Positions 13,618 to 27,892 of a DNA stretch of 64,000 nucleotides are shown piece after piece. The DNA comes from the human T2T-CHM13v2.0 reference genome, Homo sapiens. The notes under the pieces were generated by a model. That model worked only from the letters and a program-made list of their open reading frames with translations. It was not told where the DNA came from and searched no databases. Where the stretch lies: assembly GCF_009914755.1 (NCBI RefSeq), contig NC_060928.1; one strand, given 5' to 3'. Each line of letters opens with the position of its first letter. The first letter of the stretch is position 1. The translations under genes and the position numbers were made by a program.

Positions 13618-14225
13618 AGCCAAGCACGTGGGCTCATGCCTGTAATCTCAGCACTTTGGGAGGCTGAGGTGGGAAGATTGCTTGAGCCCAGGAATTTCAG
13701 ACAAGCCTGGCAACATGATAAAGCCCTGTCTCTACGAAAAATACAAAATATTACTCAGGCAAGGCTGGGCGCAGTGGCTCACACCTGTAATCCCAGCACT
13801 TTGGGAGGCTGAGGAGGGTGGATCATGAGGTCAGGAGTTCGAGACCAGCCTGGCCAAGATGGTGAAATTCTATCTCTACTAAAAATACAAAAATTAGCCA
13901 GGCATGGTTGCAGGTGTCTATGATCCCAGCTACTCGGGAGGCTGAGTCAGAGAATTGCTTGAACCCGGGAGGCAGAGGTTGCAGTGAGCAGAGATCGCAC
14001 CACTATACTCCAGCCTTCACGACAGAGTGAGCCTCCGTCTCAAAAAAAAACCAAAAAACTTCTCAGGCATGGTGGCATGTTCCTGTAGTCTCAGCTACTC
14101 AAGAGGCTGAGATAGGAGGATTGCTTGAGCCCAGGAGTTCAAGGCTGCAGTTAGCTGTGATTGCTCCACTGCACTCTAGCCTGGGTGACAGAGTGAGACC
14201 CTGTTTCCAAAAAAAAAAAAAAAAT
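13618..14225 (+). mobile_element. AluJ split by a younger Alu
   Basis: Left arm 13618-13761, right arm about 14060-14225 with gattgcttgagcccagga J-type motifs and A tail. Confidence 0.92.
13763..14058 (+). mobile_element. AluS inserted in the linker of the AluJ
   Basis: Complete dimer; TSD aaaatattactcaggca / aaaaacttctcaggca. Confidence 0.95.
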
Positions 14226-16904
14226 GTATTCTGTAGCTTTGGGATGAAAAGTCCTGTAAATGTCTATTACTTATATTTGTTCTAAAGTACAGTTTAACTC
14301 CAATGATTCTTTGTTGAATTTCTGTCTAGATTATCTTTTTAGTTGTGAAAGTCAGGTATTAAAGTCTCCAACTACGATTTTATTAGAGTTTACCTCTCCC
14401 TTTAGATCTAGTAATATTTGCTTTATATGTCTGGCTGCTTTAGTGTTGGATGCATATATATTATATGTATTATATTCTCTTGCTGAATTGATCCTTTTAT
14501 CCTACATAGCGACCTTCTTTCTCTCTCTTTACTACACTTGAGTTAAGCTCTGTTTATCTAAAACAAGTATAATTACTCCTCACTTTTGGTTTCCATTTGC
14601 ATGGAATACCTTTTCCATCCTTTCACTTTCAGTCTACGTGTATCTCTACAAATGAAGTGAGTTTCTTACAGGCAGCAAATAGTTGGGTCATGTTTGGTTA
14701 TCTATTCAGCCAGTCTATATCTTTTAAGTAAGAAATTCAGTCCATTTCTATTCAAGACTATTCTTGACAGCTGAGGACTTAATCCTGTCATTTTGTTCAT
14801 TGTTTTCTGGTGGCTTATTTATTATTTATTGGTATGCCATGCATTTCTTTCTTCTCTTATTGATTATTATTGTAGGTTTGTCATTCTCTGTAGTAATGAA
14901 GTTTGATTCTTTTCTCTCTCACTTGTGTGTATGCTTTGCCAGTGAGTTTTACACTTTTGTGTTTTTTATAATGATAATTATTATATTTAACTTCTATATA
15001 CAGGGCTCCCTTGACTGTTTCTTGTGACGCTAATCTAATAGTGATCAATTCTTAGTTTTTGCTTCTCTGGGAAAGACTTTATTTCTCCCTCAGTTCTGAA
15101 AGATAGCTTTGTTGGATAAAGTATCCTTAACTGATAATTGTTTTTCTATCAGCACTTTAAATATATCATCCCATTCTCTCCTGGCCTATAAGGTTCCTGC
15201 TGAAAAATATGCAGTTAATCTACAGGGAGTTCTTTTATATGGGACTTGATGGTTTTCTTTTGCTGTTTTAGAATTCTTTGTCTTTGACTTTTGAAGATTT
15301 GACTGTAATGTGCTTCAGATGAGACATTTGTGGGTTGGATCTATTTAGGAATCTTTGAGGTTCTTGAATTTGTACAATATCTCTCCAAAGACTTGTGAGG
15401 TTTTCAACTATTGTTTAATTAAATTGATTTTCTATGTTTTTTTCCCATCCTTTCCCTTTCTGGGACTCCCATAATATGAAGGCTTTCTTTAATCTTTTTT
15501 ATTCTTATTTTTTTTCCTCTGATGAGGCAACTTCAAATGACTTATCTTTAAGTTCAAAGATTCTTCCTTCTGCTTAATAAAGTCTGCTGTTGAAGCTCTC
15601 TATTGTATATTTTAATTTTATTAATTGAATTCTTCAACCATATAATTTTTGTTTGGTTACTTTTTGTGATATCTATCTGTTTGTTAAGTTTCTTTTTCAT
15701 AGGACTTGGACATTAGAGGACTAAAAATATTTCTTATTCATATTGTATGTTTTTTTGTTTGTATTAAATTATGTATCTGCATTTTCTTGTATGTCATTGA
15801 ATTTCCTTAAGATTATTATTTTAAACTCCTTTTCTGACAATTTGTAGATTTCCTTTTCATTGGGGTTTATTATTAGAGATTTATTCTGCTCCCCTGGTTG
15901 CATTATATTCTTTTGCTTTTTCATGTTTCTTTTATCCCTGCACTAATGTCTATGCATCTGGTGGAACAACTTCCTCTTTTAAGTTTTCTAGAGTGGCTTT
16001 CATAGAAAGACTTCCACCTACCATTATATCTTAGTGTACCAGTTGGAAAGGGTATAGTGACTCCATTTCTGGTAGACACAGTGGTATAGTTTTTGTGCTG
16101 CTTCTTCAGTTGTGTTCAGTAATAACAACTGAGGGTGTCTCCATGGCATAGGTTGTAAAAGTTTGTGGCAGTGGCAGCAGCATAATAGGTTGTTAAGGTC
16201 TTCAGTGACAAAGGCTTTGGGGTCCTCCTATTCTCATTTTACCCAAAATGAAGAGACTTAGCTGAAGGGATCCCTGTATCAGGTCTAACGTGGCCTACAA
16301 GCAGCTGCAGCTGTGCTGGGTTCCATGTGCAGGTACTTGGAGCAGCTGTGGGGCCCAGGTCCTAGGCTCAAGGTCTCATGAACCTATTGTGGCACCTGCA
16401 TATTGAGTTGCAGGTTTGTTCTCTATGGCAGGGTCAGATACTGGTTGCCCACAGAGCCAGGGTCTGTTACTCTGAGGCACCCATAGAAGTTTGGATCCAG
16501 GGACTGGGATGTAACTCTGATTTTACTCCCAGGGAGTAAACAACCCTTGTCTGACTCCAGAGAAAAAGGAGTGCTCTGAAGTTTTGAGTCCAGGGAGTTA
16601 TGGTTGTAATTTGAGAATCTGAGCCAATAGGGCTGAGTAGCAACTCAGGTCCCAGAGGACAAGGCACTGTAGAGTGGTGACACTAGACTCTGGGATGGTG
16701 AGGTGTGGCTATATCATAAACTCACTGAGACCAGGTGCAGTGGCGGCATGGTGGAGCACAGCTGTCATTTGGGCTCTGGTGGGCAGGGAGCAGCACACTA
16801 ATGACTCCACTCCCCAGGGAGAGGAGCATGTCAGAAGTTCAGGCTTTAGAGAGCTAGTTCAGCTTCAAGTAAGCGGGATACTAGAGTTGTTTTGCCTGTA
16901 GAGC

Positions 16905-17905
16905 AAGGCGTCTCAGCTCAGTCACTGCTCTGTTTCCCTAGGATGCGGGAATTATGTCAACTTAACCCTGGGATGTGTAGCTACTCAGTGTGGCCAAGGC
17001 ACCACTTCCCTGGGAGGCAATATGCTTCTTCAACTCAGGCGCAGGGTGTGTGACTATTCTGGCCCAGGCACCATTTCCCTAAGATCCAGTGTCTTGCTTC
17101 AGCTTAGTTATTGTGATGTGTGACTGCTCTAGGAAGCCAAGGCACCATCTTCTGGAAGGGCAGCATAGCTGCTCTGGTAGGTCAAGGTACTGTTTTCCCA
17201 GAGGACAGGGTACTACTTCAGCTCAGGCACAGAGGGGTGTGACTGCTCTGGGTGGCTAAGGCACCATTTCCTTGGGATGCCTGGCATTGCTTCAACTCTG
17301 ACACAGTGTTCAGGGTGCTTTAGCAACCTGGAGAGATATGTTGAGGAGCTCTGCTGAGGTACCATTTCCTTTGGAGGCAGTGTGCAGCTTTAGCACAGGG
17401 TTCTAGGGGTGGGGTACAACAGTGACTCAGAAGGGCATATGGAACCACTCCACCAAGCCACCGTTTCTCTGAGGAGGTAGTGTACTGGTTCAGCTCCATT
17501 CCCCCAATACAGGGCACAGCAACAGTGACTGCGAGGAGTAGCTGGAGCAGCTCTGCCAAGACACCATTTCCTTCAGTGGTAGTATACAGCTTCAACTCTC
17601 TCAAGGGGGTAGGGCACAGCAGTGATGGGAGAAGTCTATGGAATGGCTTTGCCAAGGCACTGTTTTCTCAGGAGGAAGTCCATAGCTTCAGCTCAGAGCC
17701 CTTAGGAGCACAGTGCACCAGTGACTGGGAGGAGCAGATGGAGTTCTACCAATTCACCATTTTTCTAGGGGGTGGTGCACAGCTTCAGCTCAGGCCCCTA
17801 GGGGTGAGGTGCAGCCATGACTAAGAGAGGTAGATGGAGAGGTTCTGCCAAAGTACTATTTCCCTAGGAGGGGTGTGCAGCTTCAGCTCTGGCCTGAGGG
17901 GGCAG
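16905..17905 (-). repeat. Degenerate tandem array (about 60-70 bp units) in the L1MA 5'UTR
   Basis: Recurring ccaaggcaccatttcc...gcttcagctcagg...gtgactgctct motif, more than 10 copies. Confidence 0.8.
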
Positions 17906-18378
17906 GGAGTTACGCACAGGACAATACTAGTTATATATCTGGCAGTAGCATCTGTTGGTAGCTCAGCTGGATCTTCTGGGCTAAGATTATTAGGGACAAC
18001 TGGAAATTAAGAGACTCTGAGGCTAATTTAAATAAAACAAACAGAGTGCTGTGCTGAGAGTCTCAGAAAGAAACTAAATAATGCATCATGTCCAAGATCA
18101 AGCACAAGAAAAGAAACAGGATGTGAAGCCAAGAGTTCAGGGGTCAGGTAAGCACAGAACATAGCAGGATGCAGTAAAGAAGCAAAGTTCCAGGACAATT
18201 ATTGTGCATTGGACACATGATGTGTGGATGGATCAGCTCGATCTAAAGGCACAGTATTGGAATGGGTTTAGTTCTCCAGACGCTGGCTGTAGAAGCTTTC
18301 TATGAACACTAAACAAACAATACTCTGAGTCTCAGAGAACCAAGCTACAGGAAAAAGGAATCAAGAACATACATACCA

Positions 18379-18660
18379 GGCCAGACATGGTGGTTCACTC
18401 CTTAATCCCAGTGTTTTGGGAGGTTGACGTGGGAGGATCATTTGAGGCCAAGCTAGGCAAAATAGTGAAACTTCCATCTCCACAAAAATATTAAAAAATT
18501 AGCTGGGTGTCATCAGCTTGTTGTCCTAGCTACTGGGGAGGCTGCAGCAAGAGAACTGCTTGAGCTAAGGAGTTCAAGTTTACAGTGAGCTATAATCATG
18601 CCATGGCACTCCAGCCTGGGAGACAGAGCAAGATCATGTCTCTAAAATTTAAAAGAAAAT
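18379..18660 (+). mobile_element. AluJ, diverged with internal deletion
   Basis: ggccagacatggtggttcac...ctccagcctgggagacagagcaaga. Confidence 0.92.
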
Positions 18661-20609
18661 ATATGAAAAATATAAGGTCTAATTTTCTATTATTATAAGC
18701 CATCTTTAATTTCTAAGTTACACACATACACTTCAGTCAAACACATGCTTTCATAAAAAGGAAGCTGCAAAAAAATGATCACTCCTTCCAGTTTCATTAT
18801 TAGTGTAAGCCTCTTCTTTGACCACTGGTATAAACATTTAGCTTATTTTGTGTTAGTTCATATTTTTGGTATTTCCACCACTGAACATGACAGAGGCTAT
18901 ACTCCTGAAAGCTACTTGATAATTGTAATTGACAATTTCCAAATTAAACTGATAAAGAAACAGTGAGCATTTGTTTTAATTTTTTACATATTTTTATAGA
19001 TATCCAGGAAAACTTGTCTGAAGTTTTTAACACCATCTGTTGCTTATCATATACTTTTAATGGAATACTGGAATGCTCTATCTTTTATATTAATTTTCCT
19101 AAAGTAAATGAACTTTTTATGTAATAGAATAAAACTAATACCTTTGATACATCATCTAATAAGTATAATTTGGAGGAAATGGAGTATTAATGACTCAAGG
19201 TGCAAATTACCATTTAAGTAAGGGTAGAAAGATGATAAAATGCAGACTCATTATGTACCTCTAGCAGTTTTTCAAGTTTTATTCTTTTTACCATTTAAGT
19301 AATTATGTCCTCCCTTTGGACATCACTTTTTTCTGTTCTCCAACTAAATAATTTTTAACTTACAAACATTCAGCCCCCTACTTTTGTGGCTGCTTTTGCA
19401 ATTCCAAATGAAAACGTCTTCTACAAATTTAATCAATATATTTACAAAAATAACACAAAATTTCGCTAACATCCTCTTTCTACTGATTTCAAATTAATCC
19501 AAATTTAGCGTTCATTTAGTTCAGAATCAGGAGATTCCAGTAACCACTGTGCAGTTCCCAGAATTAAACAGTTGAATTCTATTCAGTTGACCGGGGAAAT
19601 GTAAGACATGCTGGCTGTCCCATTAACTTCCTAACATAATTAGGAATGAAATAATCTAACTGCTCCAAGTCAGCTCAGGATATGTTTTACAGTCTTATAT
19701 CTCATAAGAGGAATCCCCAGTGTATGGGCTGGACCAAATCTAAATCCACTTTATTCAGTCCTCAAGGTCATAATACTGCACTAGGTGCTGCCAATATATT
19801 CCAAGACATGATCCTATATGTCTGTCAGAATGTACATCTAATATCAGGGTAACAAATAGGTTTAATTTTGCATGTCAACTCGATTAACTGGTGGAGTCTG
19901 CCTTGAGCAGCCTGTTAAGGACATTTTAAGGCTACGTACAGACTTGGAAGAATAGATGTATTAGCAATGTCGGCCATGTGTTCAGAAAGGGGGAAATTGC
20001 AACTTAAATGTCTCATATTTACTGATCCTAATCAAAGAATTTCAAGAGAAAAAAATGGAAATGCCTAACCCAGAAGTTCAAGTAAAATCTGAAGTGTAAT
20101 AAAAATAGTTTATACCTACTAATCTGCATTCCCTTTCTTCTTAACGGAAGAATTTCCATCTCTGCCAGTTTTCCTTTTACATGTTTCTCTCTTCTGCTGT
20201 ATGTCCTAATTCCTCCCTTTCTCTACCACAAAATAGAAGTCAGAATTCATTTAATAAAGTATTTTTTCATTTCCTCTAATATTTTTATACAGTGAACTTT
20301 TAAATAGCACCCTCTCCCTACCACAATGAAAGTTTTGAATCAAAACAGAAGTTGTTCTTTGACTTGTATGTGGAAAACATTATTACTTTTAGTAGATCAA
20401 TTTCCTCTTAGCGAAATAAAAGTCATCCTATTTCCTTTCAGAAGGTCATTAGTGAAGGCTGCTTGATTCATGTAGACATGTGTGTTCAGGCCAGACCTTG
20501 CCTTGGAATCTGTCTGCCCAGCAACCACTGCTCTGCATCCTGTACTCCAGCTCACCTCCAATCTTGCTAATTGCTTCTTGACTCTACTCTGTGCACCACA
20601 GTCCACAAT

Positions 20610-20876
20610 CTTCAGTCCCTATGGTTTGGGTGGAAAAGCAGGAATGGCTCCACCCTTCCAATATCCAGGAATGTGCATGTCACAGATCTGGCCAATCCAC
20701 ACAGTCATGATTGGTTCAAGGATGGACATATGACTCAACTTTGTCCAGTTGAGAATTGAATCTGAGACTTTTGTGAATATTATTGAATATTCACAGAGAA
20801 GAAACTTTCTGAAGTCACTGAACTTAAAGGATGTCAGCCTGGCACTGTAGGAGATGCACTACAAAAACAGAGCCTG
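20610..20876 (+). mobile_element. LTR16-like ERVL LTR, 5' part
   Basis: gattggttcaaggatggacatatgactcaa...ccagttgaga...gagactttt motif typical of LTR16/LTR33; continues at 31020. Confidence 0.65.
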
Positions 20877-21110
20877 CACACAGAAAGGAAGTAAAATAGA
20901 GGCTACCAAGGGCTGGGGGGATGAAGGGAAGGTTATTGTTTAATGAGTATAGAGTTTCTGTTTGGGATGATGAAACATTCTGGAAATGAATAATGGTGAC
21001 GGTTACACAACATGGTGAATATACTTACTGCCACAGAATTGTACAATTAAAAATAGTTAATATGGTAAATTTTGTGTTACATATTTTAACACAAATAAAT
21101 AATAAAATAG
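20877..21110 (+). mobile_element. L1MB-type 3' end fragment
   Basis: ttattgtttaatgagtatagagtttctgtttgggatgatgaaacattctgg...ggtaaattttgtgttacatattttaacaca + A tail. Confidence 0.9.
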
Positions 21111-21126
21111 CAGTTAAAAACATCTG

Positions 21127-22908
21127 AGGAGGAGGTGGAGCAAGATTGCCAAATAGAACCCTCCACTGATCTCCCCCACAGGAATACCAAATTGAGCAGC
21201 TTACTGGAAGGCACCTTACTGAGGACTAAAAATCAGGTAAATGATCACAGTACCTAGTTTTAACATCATATTAAAGAAGGAGGCACTGAAAAGGATAGAA
21301 AACCCAGTCTCGAATTGACAACACCACCCTGCCCCTATCTCCCAGCAGTGCTGCATGGCACGAAGAGAGAGAGTCTGTGCAATTGGAAAAGGAAGAGTGT
21401 AGTGATTGTGGGACTTTGCATTGGAACTCAGTGCTGCCCTGTCACTGTGGAAAGCAACACAGTGTCCATGAAGACAGCATTTATACCAGCCCTACTCAGA
21501 GAGGAATCATCCATCCCAGCAGTTGGAACCTGAGCTCTGGCTAGCCCCATGACTACCACTGCTCTGAGGTCCTAAATAAAACTGAAAGGCAGTCTAGGCC
21601 ACAAGGACTGCAATTTCTGGGCAAGTCCTGGTGCTGTGTGGGCTCAGAACCAGTGGACTCAGGGTGCAATGACTTGTGAGACACCTGCTGGGATGGCCAA
21701 AGGAGTGCTTGTGTCACCTCCACCCCAATCCCAGGCAGCATTGCTCATAGCTCCAGGAGAGACTCTTTCCACTTGAGGAAAGGAGAGGGAAGAGTAAAGA
21801 GGACCTTGTCTTGCAATTTGAATATCATTTCAGCCACAGTAAAATAAAGCACCAAGCAGAGTCCTGAAGACCCCATTTCAGACCCTAGCTCTCAGATGAC
21901 AATTCTAGACATACCCCAGGAAAGAAGATAATCCAATACCTTGAAGGGAGGGACCCATACCTGGCAAGATTCATCACCTGCTAACTAAAGAGCCCTTGGG
22001 CCTTGAATAAACATCAGCAGTACATACCCAGGCAGTACTCACCAGGGGCCTTGGGTAAGACCCAGTGCAGTACTCACTTCAGGTGTGACCCAGCACTTTG
22101 CCAGCTGTGGTGGCCACAGGGAGAGACTCCCGCTTAAGGAAAGGAGAAGGAAGAGTAAAAAGAACTTAGTCTTGCAACTTGGGTACCATCTTAGTCACAG
22201 TAACACCAAGTAGAGTCCTAATGTTCACAACTTCAGGCCCTAGCTCCTGGACAGCACTTCTAGACCCACCCTGGGCCAGAAGGAAACTTATTACTCTAAA
22301 GCGAAGGAGACAAGCCTGGCTTGATTCACCACTTTCTAACTAAAGAACTCTTGGGCCTTGAATAAATATCAGCAGTAGCCAGGCAATAGTCACGATAAGC
22401 CTTCAGCAAGGCCCAGTACTGTGCTGGCTTCAGGTCTGACTTAGCAGAGACCCAGTGGTGGTGGCCACAGGGGTGCTGAGTCATCCCTCCTCCAGCTGCA
22501 GGCAGCAGGGCACGAAGAGAGAGAGAGAGACTCTGTTTGTTTGGAGAAAGGTAAGATTGGTACAAAAGTAATAATTGTGCCATTGAAAGTAATGGCAAAA
22601 TCTGCAATTATTTTTGCACCAGCCTAATAATTCAAAGAATTCTTTGGGATCTTACCCAAAACCTCAAGGCAGTACCTCTACTAGTCTGCAAGAGTCACAG
22701 CATTACTGGGCTTGGAGTGCCCCCTAATGTAGATATGGCTGCAGTGATCAAAGACATAGATCACAGCACAATTCCTTTTGAATACTTGGAAAATCTCCCC
22801 AAGAAGGATGGGTACAAACAAGCCAAGACTGCAAAGACTACAATAAATACTTAACTATCCAATGCCCAGAAATCAACAAATATTCACAAGCATCAAGTCC
22901 ATTCCACA
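21127..22908 (+). mobile_element. L1MA1-3-like 5'UTR to the start of ORF1 (contains an internal duplication of about 360 bp)
   Basis: ggaggtggagcaagattgccaaatagaa start; unit ttgaggaaaggagagggaagagtaaagag... at about 21772 and 22133. Confidence 0.85.
22552..22627. mobile_element. MADE1 (Hsmar1 MITE)
   Basis: ttggtacaaaagtaat...gccattgaaagtaatggcaaaatctgcaattatttttgcaccagcctaa. Confidence 0.92.
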
Positions 22909-24875
22909 AGGGAGATGGGTCAACATGGCTGACTAGAAACAGCTCATGTGTGCCTGTCTCATAGGGAGTGGACAGAGTGGCTAGTGAACATTGACCTTGC
23001 AAATCGGTTGTCTAAGAAACCACATTAGGATCCAGCAACACAGTGAGGGGACAGACAGAGCAGAGAGGAGCAAAGCTGGCCAGCAGCCCATCTGGGATCA
23101 GCGCAGAACCAAGAGAAGCTTCTTAACATGGGGAAGAGCGTCTGGAAAATTCACACTTCCCACAGGAACCTGTGCAAGTCTGGGAACAGGAGAATCCCTC
23201 CAACCCCCGACCCTGGGCGTCTAAACTGAAGCAAAGAGCCACCCGGAATTTTTGCAAAGGCAACACTCAAGCCCACAGGGACCTCTACAAGCCCTGGACC
23301 CTGGAACAAACCAGCACCAATGAGATAGCTCCAACAGAGGCTGCAATCATTGTGCCCAGGAGCAGTAAGATTGCTTCACATCCCTCACCAGGCAAGGCTC
23401 AAAGCCAGTTTCCACACAGAAGCCCTGCTTCTTCCTGAATTCTGTAAGAAGGTTCAGCCTTCTGTTCCCCTGGGAAATATCTGGATGCCAGATCAGGCAA
23501 CTCCACCCACCCTGGATGCTCAAAACCAGGTAAGCCATGCCTGCTAGAGCTTCCAGAAAGCAATCCTGCTTCTGCCTGAACTTTGTGGCCAGGCACAGCC
23601 CTATGTTCCCTCAGTAAACATCCAGACTGCAAGGCAGGCAACTCAACCCACCTCTACCATGTGTAGCCAGGCAAGTTACCTGCTAGAGCTTCCAGCCCAG
23701 TAGTCCCACTTCTGCCTGAACCCTGCCAGTAGGCTTAGTCCCCTATTCCCCCAGCAAACATCCAGATGGCAAGGTGGGTGACTTCACCCACACCCACCAC
23801 TTATAGCCAAGCAGGCCATGCATGCTAGAGCCCACAAGTGGTAGGTCAGGTGACTTCACACATTAACACTGCTCCTAGGTGAGACTTGCTAGCTTGGGCA
23901 GTGTCCAAGCAGTGCTGAGCTCTCACTCTTAGACCACAAAGAGGGGGGAGATTCCTAGGTTTGCAGGCCAGCAGAAAAGCAGGGTGTGTCTCCCTCCACA
24001 TGGCTGGCCCAGGAAGGGTACAGTCTGTCTGCCAACTGCAGGCCCTGCCTAAGGGAGCCCCGGCTTCCAGAACACCTAACAAAAGAAATGTGGGGATGGA
24101 GTCAGTGATTGGAAAGGGCTCCTCCAAGGCCCAAGAGTGGATCAGCTGAAGGTGTCATCTTGCTCCTCCCACACCACAGAGCATTGCTGCCAACTGAGCC
24201 AAAACAAAACAGCCATGCAGCTGAGTAAGAGCCTATCTGTCAGCCAACACTCTTAAGCACCAAAGCAAAGATCCAGCCACAAATAAAGAGTCTATACAAA
24301 GTTCTAGCACTCTGGAAACACCCAGAAATTAAGCCTACTGACTATACTCAATTTACTTCACAGTTAAAGGAAGACCAGCCCTCACACATGAGAAAGTATC
24401 AACACAAGAACTCCAGCAACTCAAAAAGCTGGTGTGCCCCTTTACCATCAAACAAACACACTAGTCCCCCAGAAATGATTCTTGGCAAGATTGAGATGAC
24501 TGAAATGACAGACATAGATTTCAAAACGGAATGGCATAGAAGCTCACTGGGATAAAGAAGAAAGTTGAAACCCAATCCAAGGAGCTTAGTAAAACAACCT
24601 AGAAGCTGGACGATGAAATAGTCATTTTAACAAAGAATCAAACTATGAACTTCTGGAACTGAAAAGAAAATCACTTCAAGAATTTCACAGTACAATCAGA
24701 AGTGTCAACAGCAGAATAGTTCAAGCTGAAAAAAGAATCTCAGAGCTTGAAGACCAGTTCTTCAAATTCAAATTAACTCAGACAAAAGTAATGAAAAAAA
24801 GAATTTTAAAAATAAACAAAATGTCCAAGAAATGAGATTATGTAAAGAGACCAAATCTATGACTCATTGGCATTC

Positions 24876-25121
<246 letters not shown>

Positions 25122-25890
25122 TATATACACAATGGAATATTACTCAGCCATAAAAAGGAAAAAATTAATGGCATTCACAGCAACCTGGATGGGATTGGAG
25201 ACTATTATTCTAAGTGAAGTAACTCATGAAGAGAAAACCAAACATCGTATGTTCTCACTCATAAGTGGGAGCTAGGCTATGAGGATGTAAAGGCCTAAGA
25301 ATGACACAATGGACTTTGGGGACTGATATGGTTTGGCTCTGTGTCCCCACCCAAATCTCATCTTGTAGCTCCTATAATTCCCACATGTTGTGGGAGGGAC
25401 CAGTGGGAGATGATTGAATCATGGCAGCAGGTCTTTTCCATGATGTTCTCATGATAGTGAATGGGTCTCATGAGATCTAATGGTTTTAAAAATGGGAGTT
25501 TCTCTGCACAAGCTCTCTTTTTGCCTGCTGCCATACCCATAAGATGTGACTTGTTCCTCCTTGCCTTCCACCATGATTGTGAGGTCTCCTGAGCCATGTG
25601 GAACTGTAAGTCCAATAAACTTCTTTCTTTTGTAAATTGCCCAGTCTTGGGTATGTCTTTATCAGCAGCATGAAAATGGACAAATACAGGGATTCAGGGG
25701 AAAAGGGTGGGAAAGTGGGGAGGAATACAAGACCACAAATTAGGTTCAGTATATACTGCTCAGGGGATGAGTGCACCAAAATCTCATAAATCACCATTAA
25801 AGAACTTATTCATGTAACCGAATACCACCTGTTCCCCAAAAACCTATGGAAATAAAAAAAAATTTAATAAAATAAATAAAAATTAAAAAG
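25122..25890 (+). mobile_element. L1PB1-like 3' end fragment interrupted by THE1
   Basis: atggaatattactcagccataaaaagg...gtgcaccaaaatctc...ccccaaaaacctatggaaataaaaaa. Confidence 0.88.
25324..25688 (+). mobile_element. THE1 solo LTR
   Basis: tgatatggtttggctctgtgtccccacc...aaatggacaaataca; TSD gggac/gggat. Confidence 0.95.
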
Positions 25891-27524
25891 AAGACATAGA
25901 AACAAAAAACTGACACCTGCTACCTCAAAAATACACTCAAGCACATAGCCCATGAAATATACAAAGCAATTATACAATCAAGTCTACAAAACAAACAGCA
26001 ACAACACAATGACAGGATAGAGATCTCCTATATCAATACTAACCCTGAGTGTAAATGGTCTAAATACCCCCACTTAAAAGGCACAGAGTGGCAGGCTGGA
26101 TAAAAAGACAAGACTCAATTGTCTTCTGTCTTCAAGAGATGGATGTCACATGTAATGATACTCACAGGATCAAAGTAAAGGAATGGAGAAAGATCTACCA
26201 AGCAAACACAAAACAACAAAGAGCAAGAGGTGCTATTCCTATATCAGATAAAACAAATTTTAAGCCAACAACAATTGCAAAGGACAAAGAATGGCATTAC
26301 ATATTGATAAAGGGTTTAATTTTTTTAAAGACTTAACTATCCTAAATATATACGCACCCAACATAAGACAAGAAGTTTTTCTCAACCTATGAAAACACTT
26401 AAACAGCCACACAATAATTGTGGGAGACTTTAACATTCCATTGACACCATTAGACAGATTATTGGGGCAGAAAGCTAATGAAGAAATTCTGGACTTAAAC
26501 TCAACAACTGACCAGTTGGGCATAATAGACATCTGCAGATCCAGAAATCACAGAATATATATTCCACTCCATCCAAAAACCACAGAACATATACTCTTCT
26601 CATCTGCACATAGAATATATTGTAAAATCAGTCACCTGCTCGGCCATAAAGCAAGTCTCAAAAAATTCAAAAAATGCAAAATCATAACAAGGATATACTC
26701 AGATCATAGTGCAGTAAAAATGGAAATCAATACCAAGAAGATCTCTCAAAACTACACAAAAACATGGAACTTAAACAACTTGCTTCTGAATAACTCTTGC
26801 ATGAACAACAAAATTAAGGTAGAATAAAAATATATATATACATAATTAATGAAAATAGAGATACAACTTGCCAAAACCTTTGGGAGGCAGCTAAAGCAGT
26901 GCTAAGAGGAAAATTTATAGTACTAAACTGCCTTCACATCAAGATATGATGATGACCTAACATCACAAGTAGGGGAACTAGAAAAAAATGAACAATTCAA
27001 CCCCAAAGCTAGTAGAGGAAAAGAAATAGCTGAAATCAGAGATGAACTGAATGAAATTGAGACCCAAAAATCCATACAAAAGATTGATGAAACTAAGAGT
27101 TGGTTTTTCAAAAGAATAAGCAACATTGATAGCTGATTAGCTAGATTAACAAACAAAAAGAAGATCCAAATAAGCACAATCAGAAACAACTAAGATTATA
27201 TTACAACTGATCTCACAGAAATTAAAAGATCCCCCAGAGACTATTATGACCTCCTCTATACAAACATTTTAGAAAATCTAGAGGAAACAGCTAAATTCCT
27301 CAACATGAACAGAAAAATCCTCAACAAAGTGCTAAGGAACTGAATCCAGCAAAACATCAAAAAGTCAATCCACCACAATCAAGTAGGCTTTAATTCTGGG
27401 AGGCAAAGTTGGTTCCACATAAACCAATATGACTCACCACATTAAAATAATTAAAAACAAAAACCCTATGATCATCTCAATAGATACATAAAAAGCCTTT
27501 GATAAAAATCCAACTTCTCATTCA

Positions 27525-27819
27525 TGTTTGAAGAATAATTTTACTGGATATATTGTTCTAGGATAAAACTTCTTTTTTTATTCAGCACTTTAAATATGTC
27601 ATGTCACTCTGTCTTGGCTTGTAAGATTTCCACTGAGAAGTCTGCTGCCAGATATATTAGAGCTCCTTTATATGTTATTTGTTTCTTTTCTCCTATTGCT
27701 CTTAGTATCCTTTCTTTATCCTTGATCTTTGGGAGTTTGCTTATTAAATGTCTTGAGGTAGTCTTACTTGGGATGATTCTGCTTAGTGATATATAACCTT
27801 CTTATACTTGAATATTGAG
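27525..27819 (-). mobile_element. Inverted L1MA-type ORF1 fragment
   Basis: T-rich segment (cagcactttaaatatgtcatgtcactc...ctgagaagtctgctgccag) homologous to the antisense ORF1 region at about 15090-15380. Confidence 0.85.
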
Positions 27820-27892
27820 CCAGCTATAACAAACCCACAGCCAACGTCATACTGAATGAACAAAAGCTGGAATCATTCCCCTTGAGAACTGG

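Larger units (their letters stand above)
8370..17905 (-). mobile_element. Near full-length L1MA (about MA5-7), inactive, carrying Hsmar1, THE1 and nested Alu insertions
   Basis: L1MA-type 3'UTR at 8370-8700; ORF2 remnants (11812-12048 [24 protein letters not shown]); ORF1 region about 15000-15900; GC-rich 5'UTR 16000-17900; L1 sequence is colinear across each insertion. Confidence 0.92.

Noticed and set aside
7897-15027. Hydrophobic membrane-like ORFs (7897-8247, 11331-11675, 14764-15027)
   Set aside because: Artefacts of translating T-rich antisense L1
16905-17905. Regularly spaced repeats resembling a CRISPR-like array
   Set aside because: Degenerate tandem units in the 5'UTR of an old L1; no constant repeat/unique spacer structure, and the DNA is eukaryotic
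21770-22490. About 360-bp direct repeat
   Set aside because: Appears to be an intrinsic duplication in this L1MA 5'UTR rather than locus-specific
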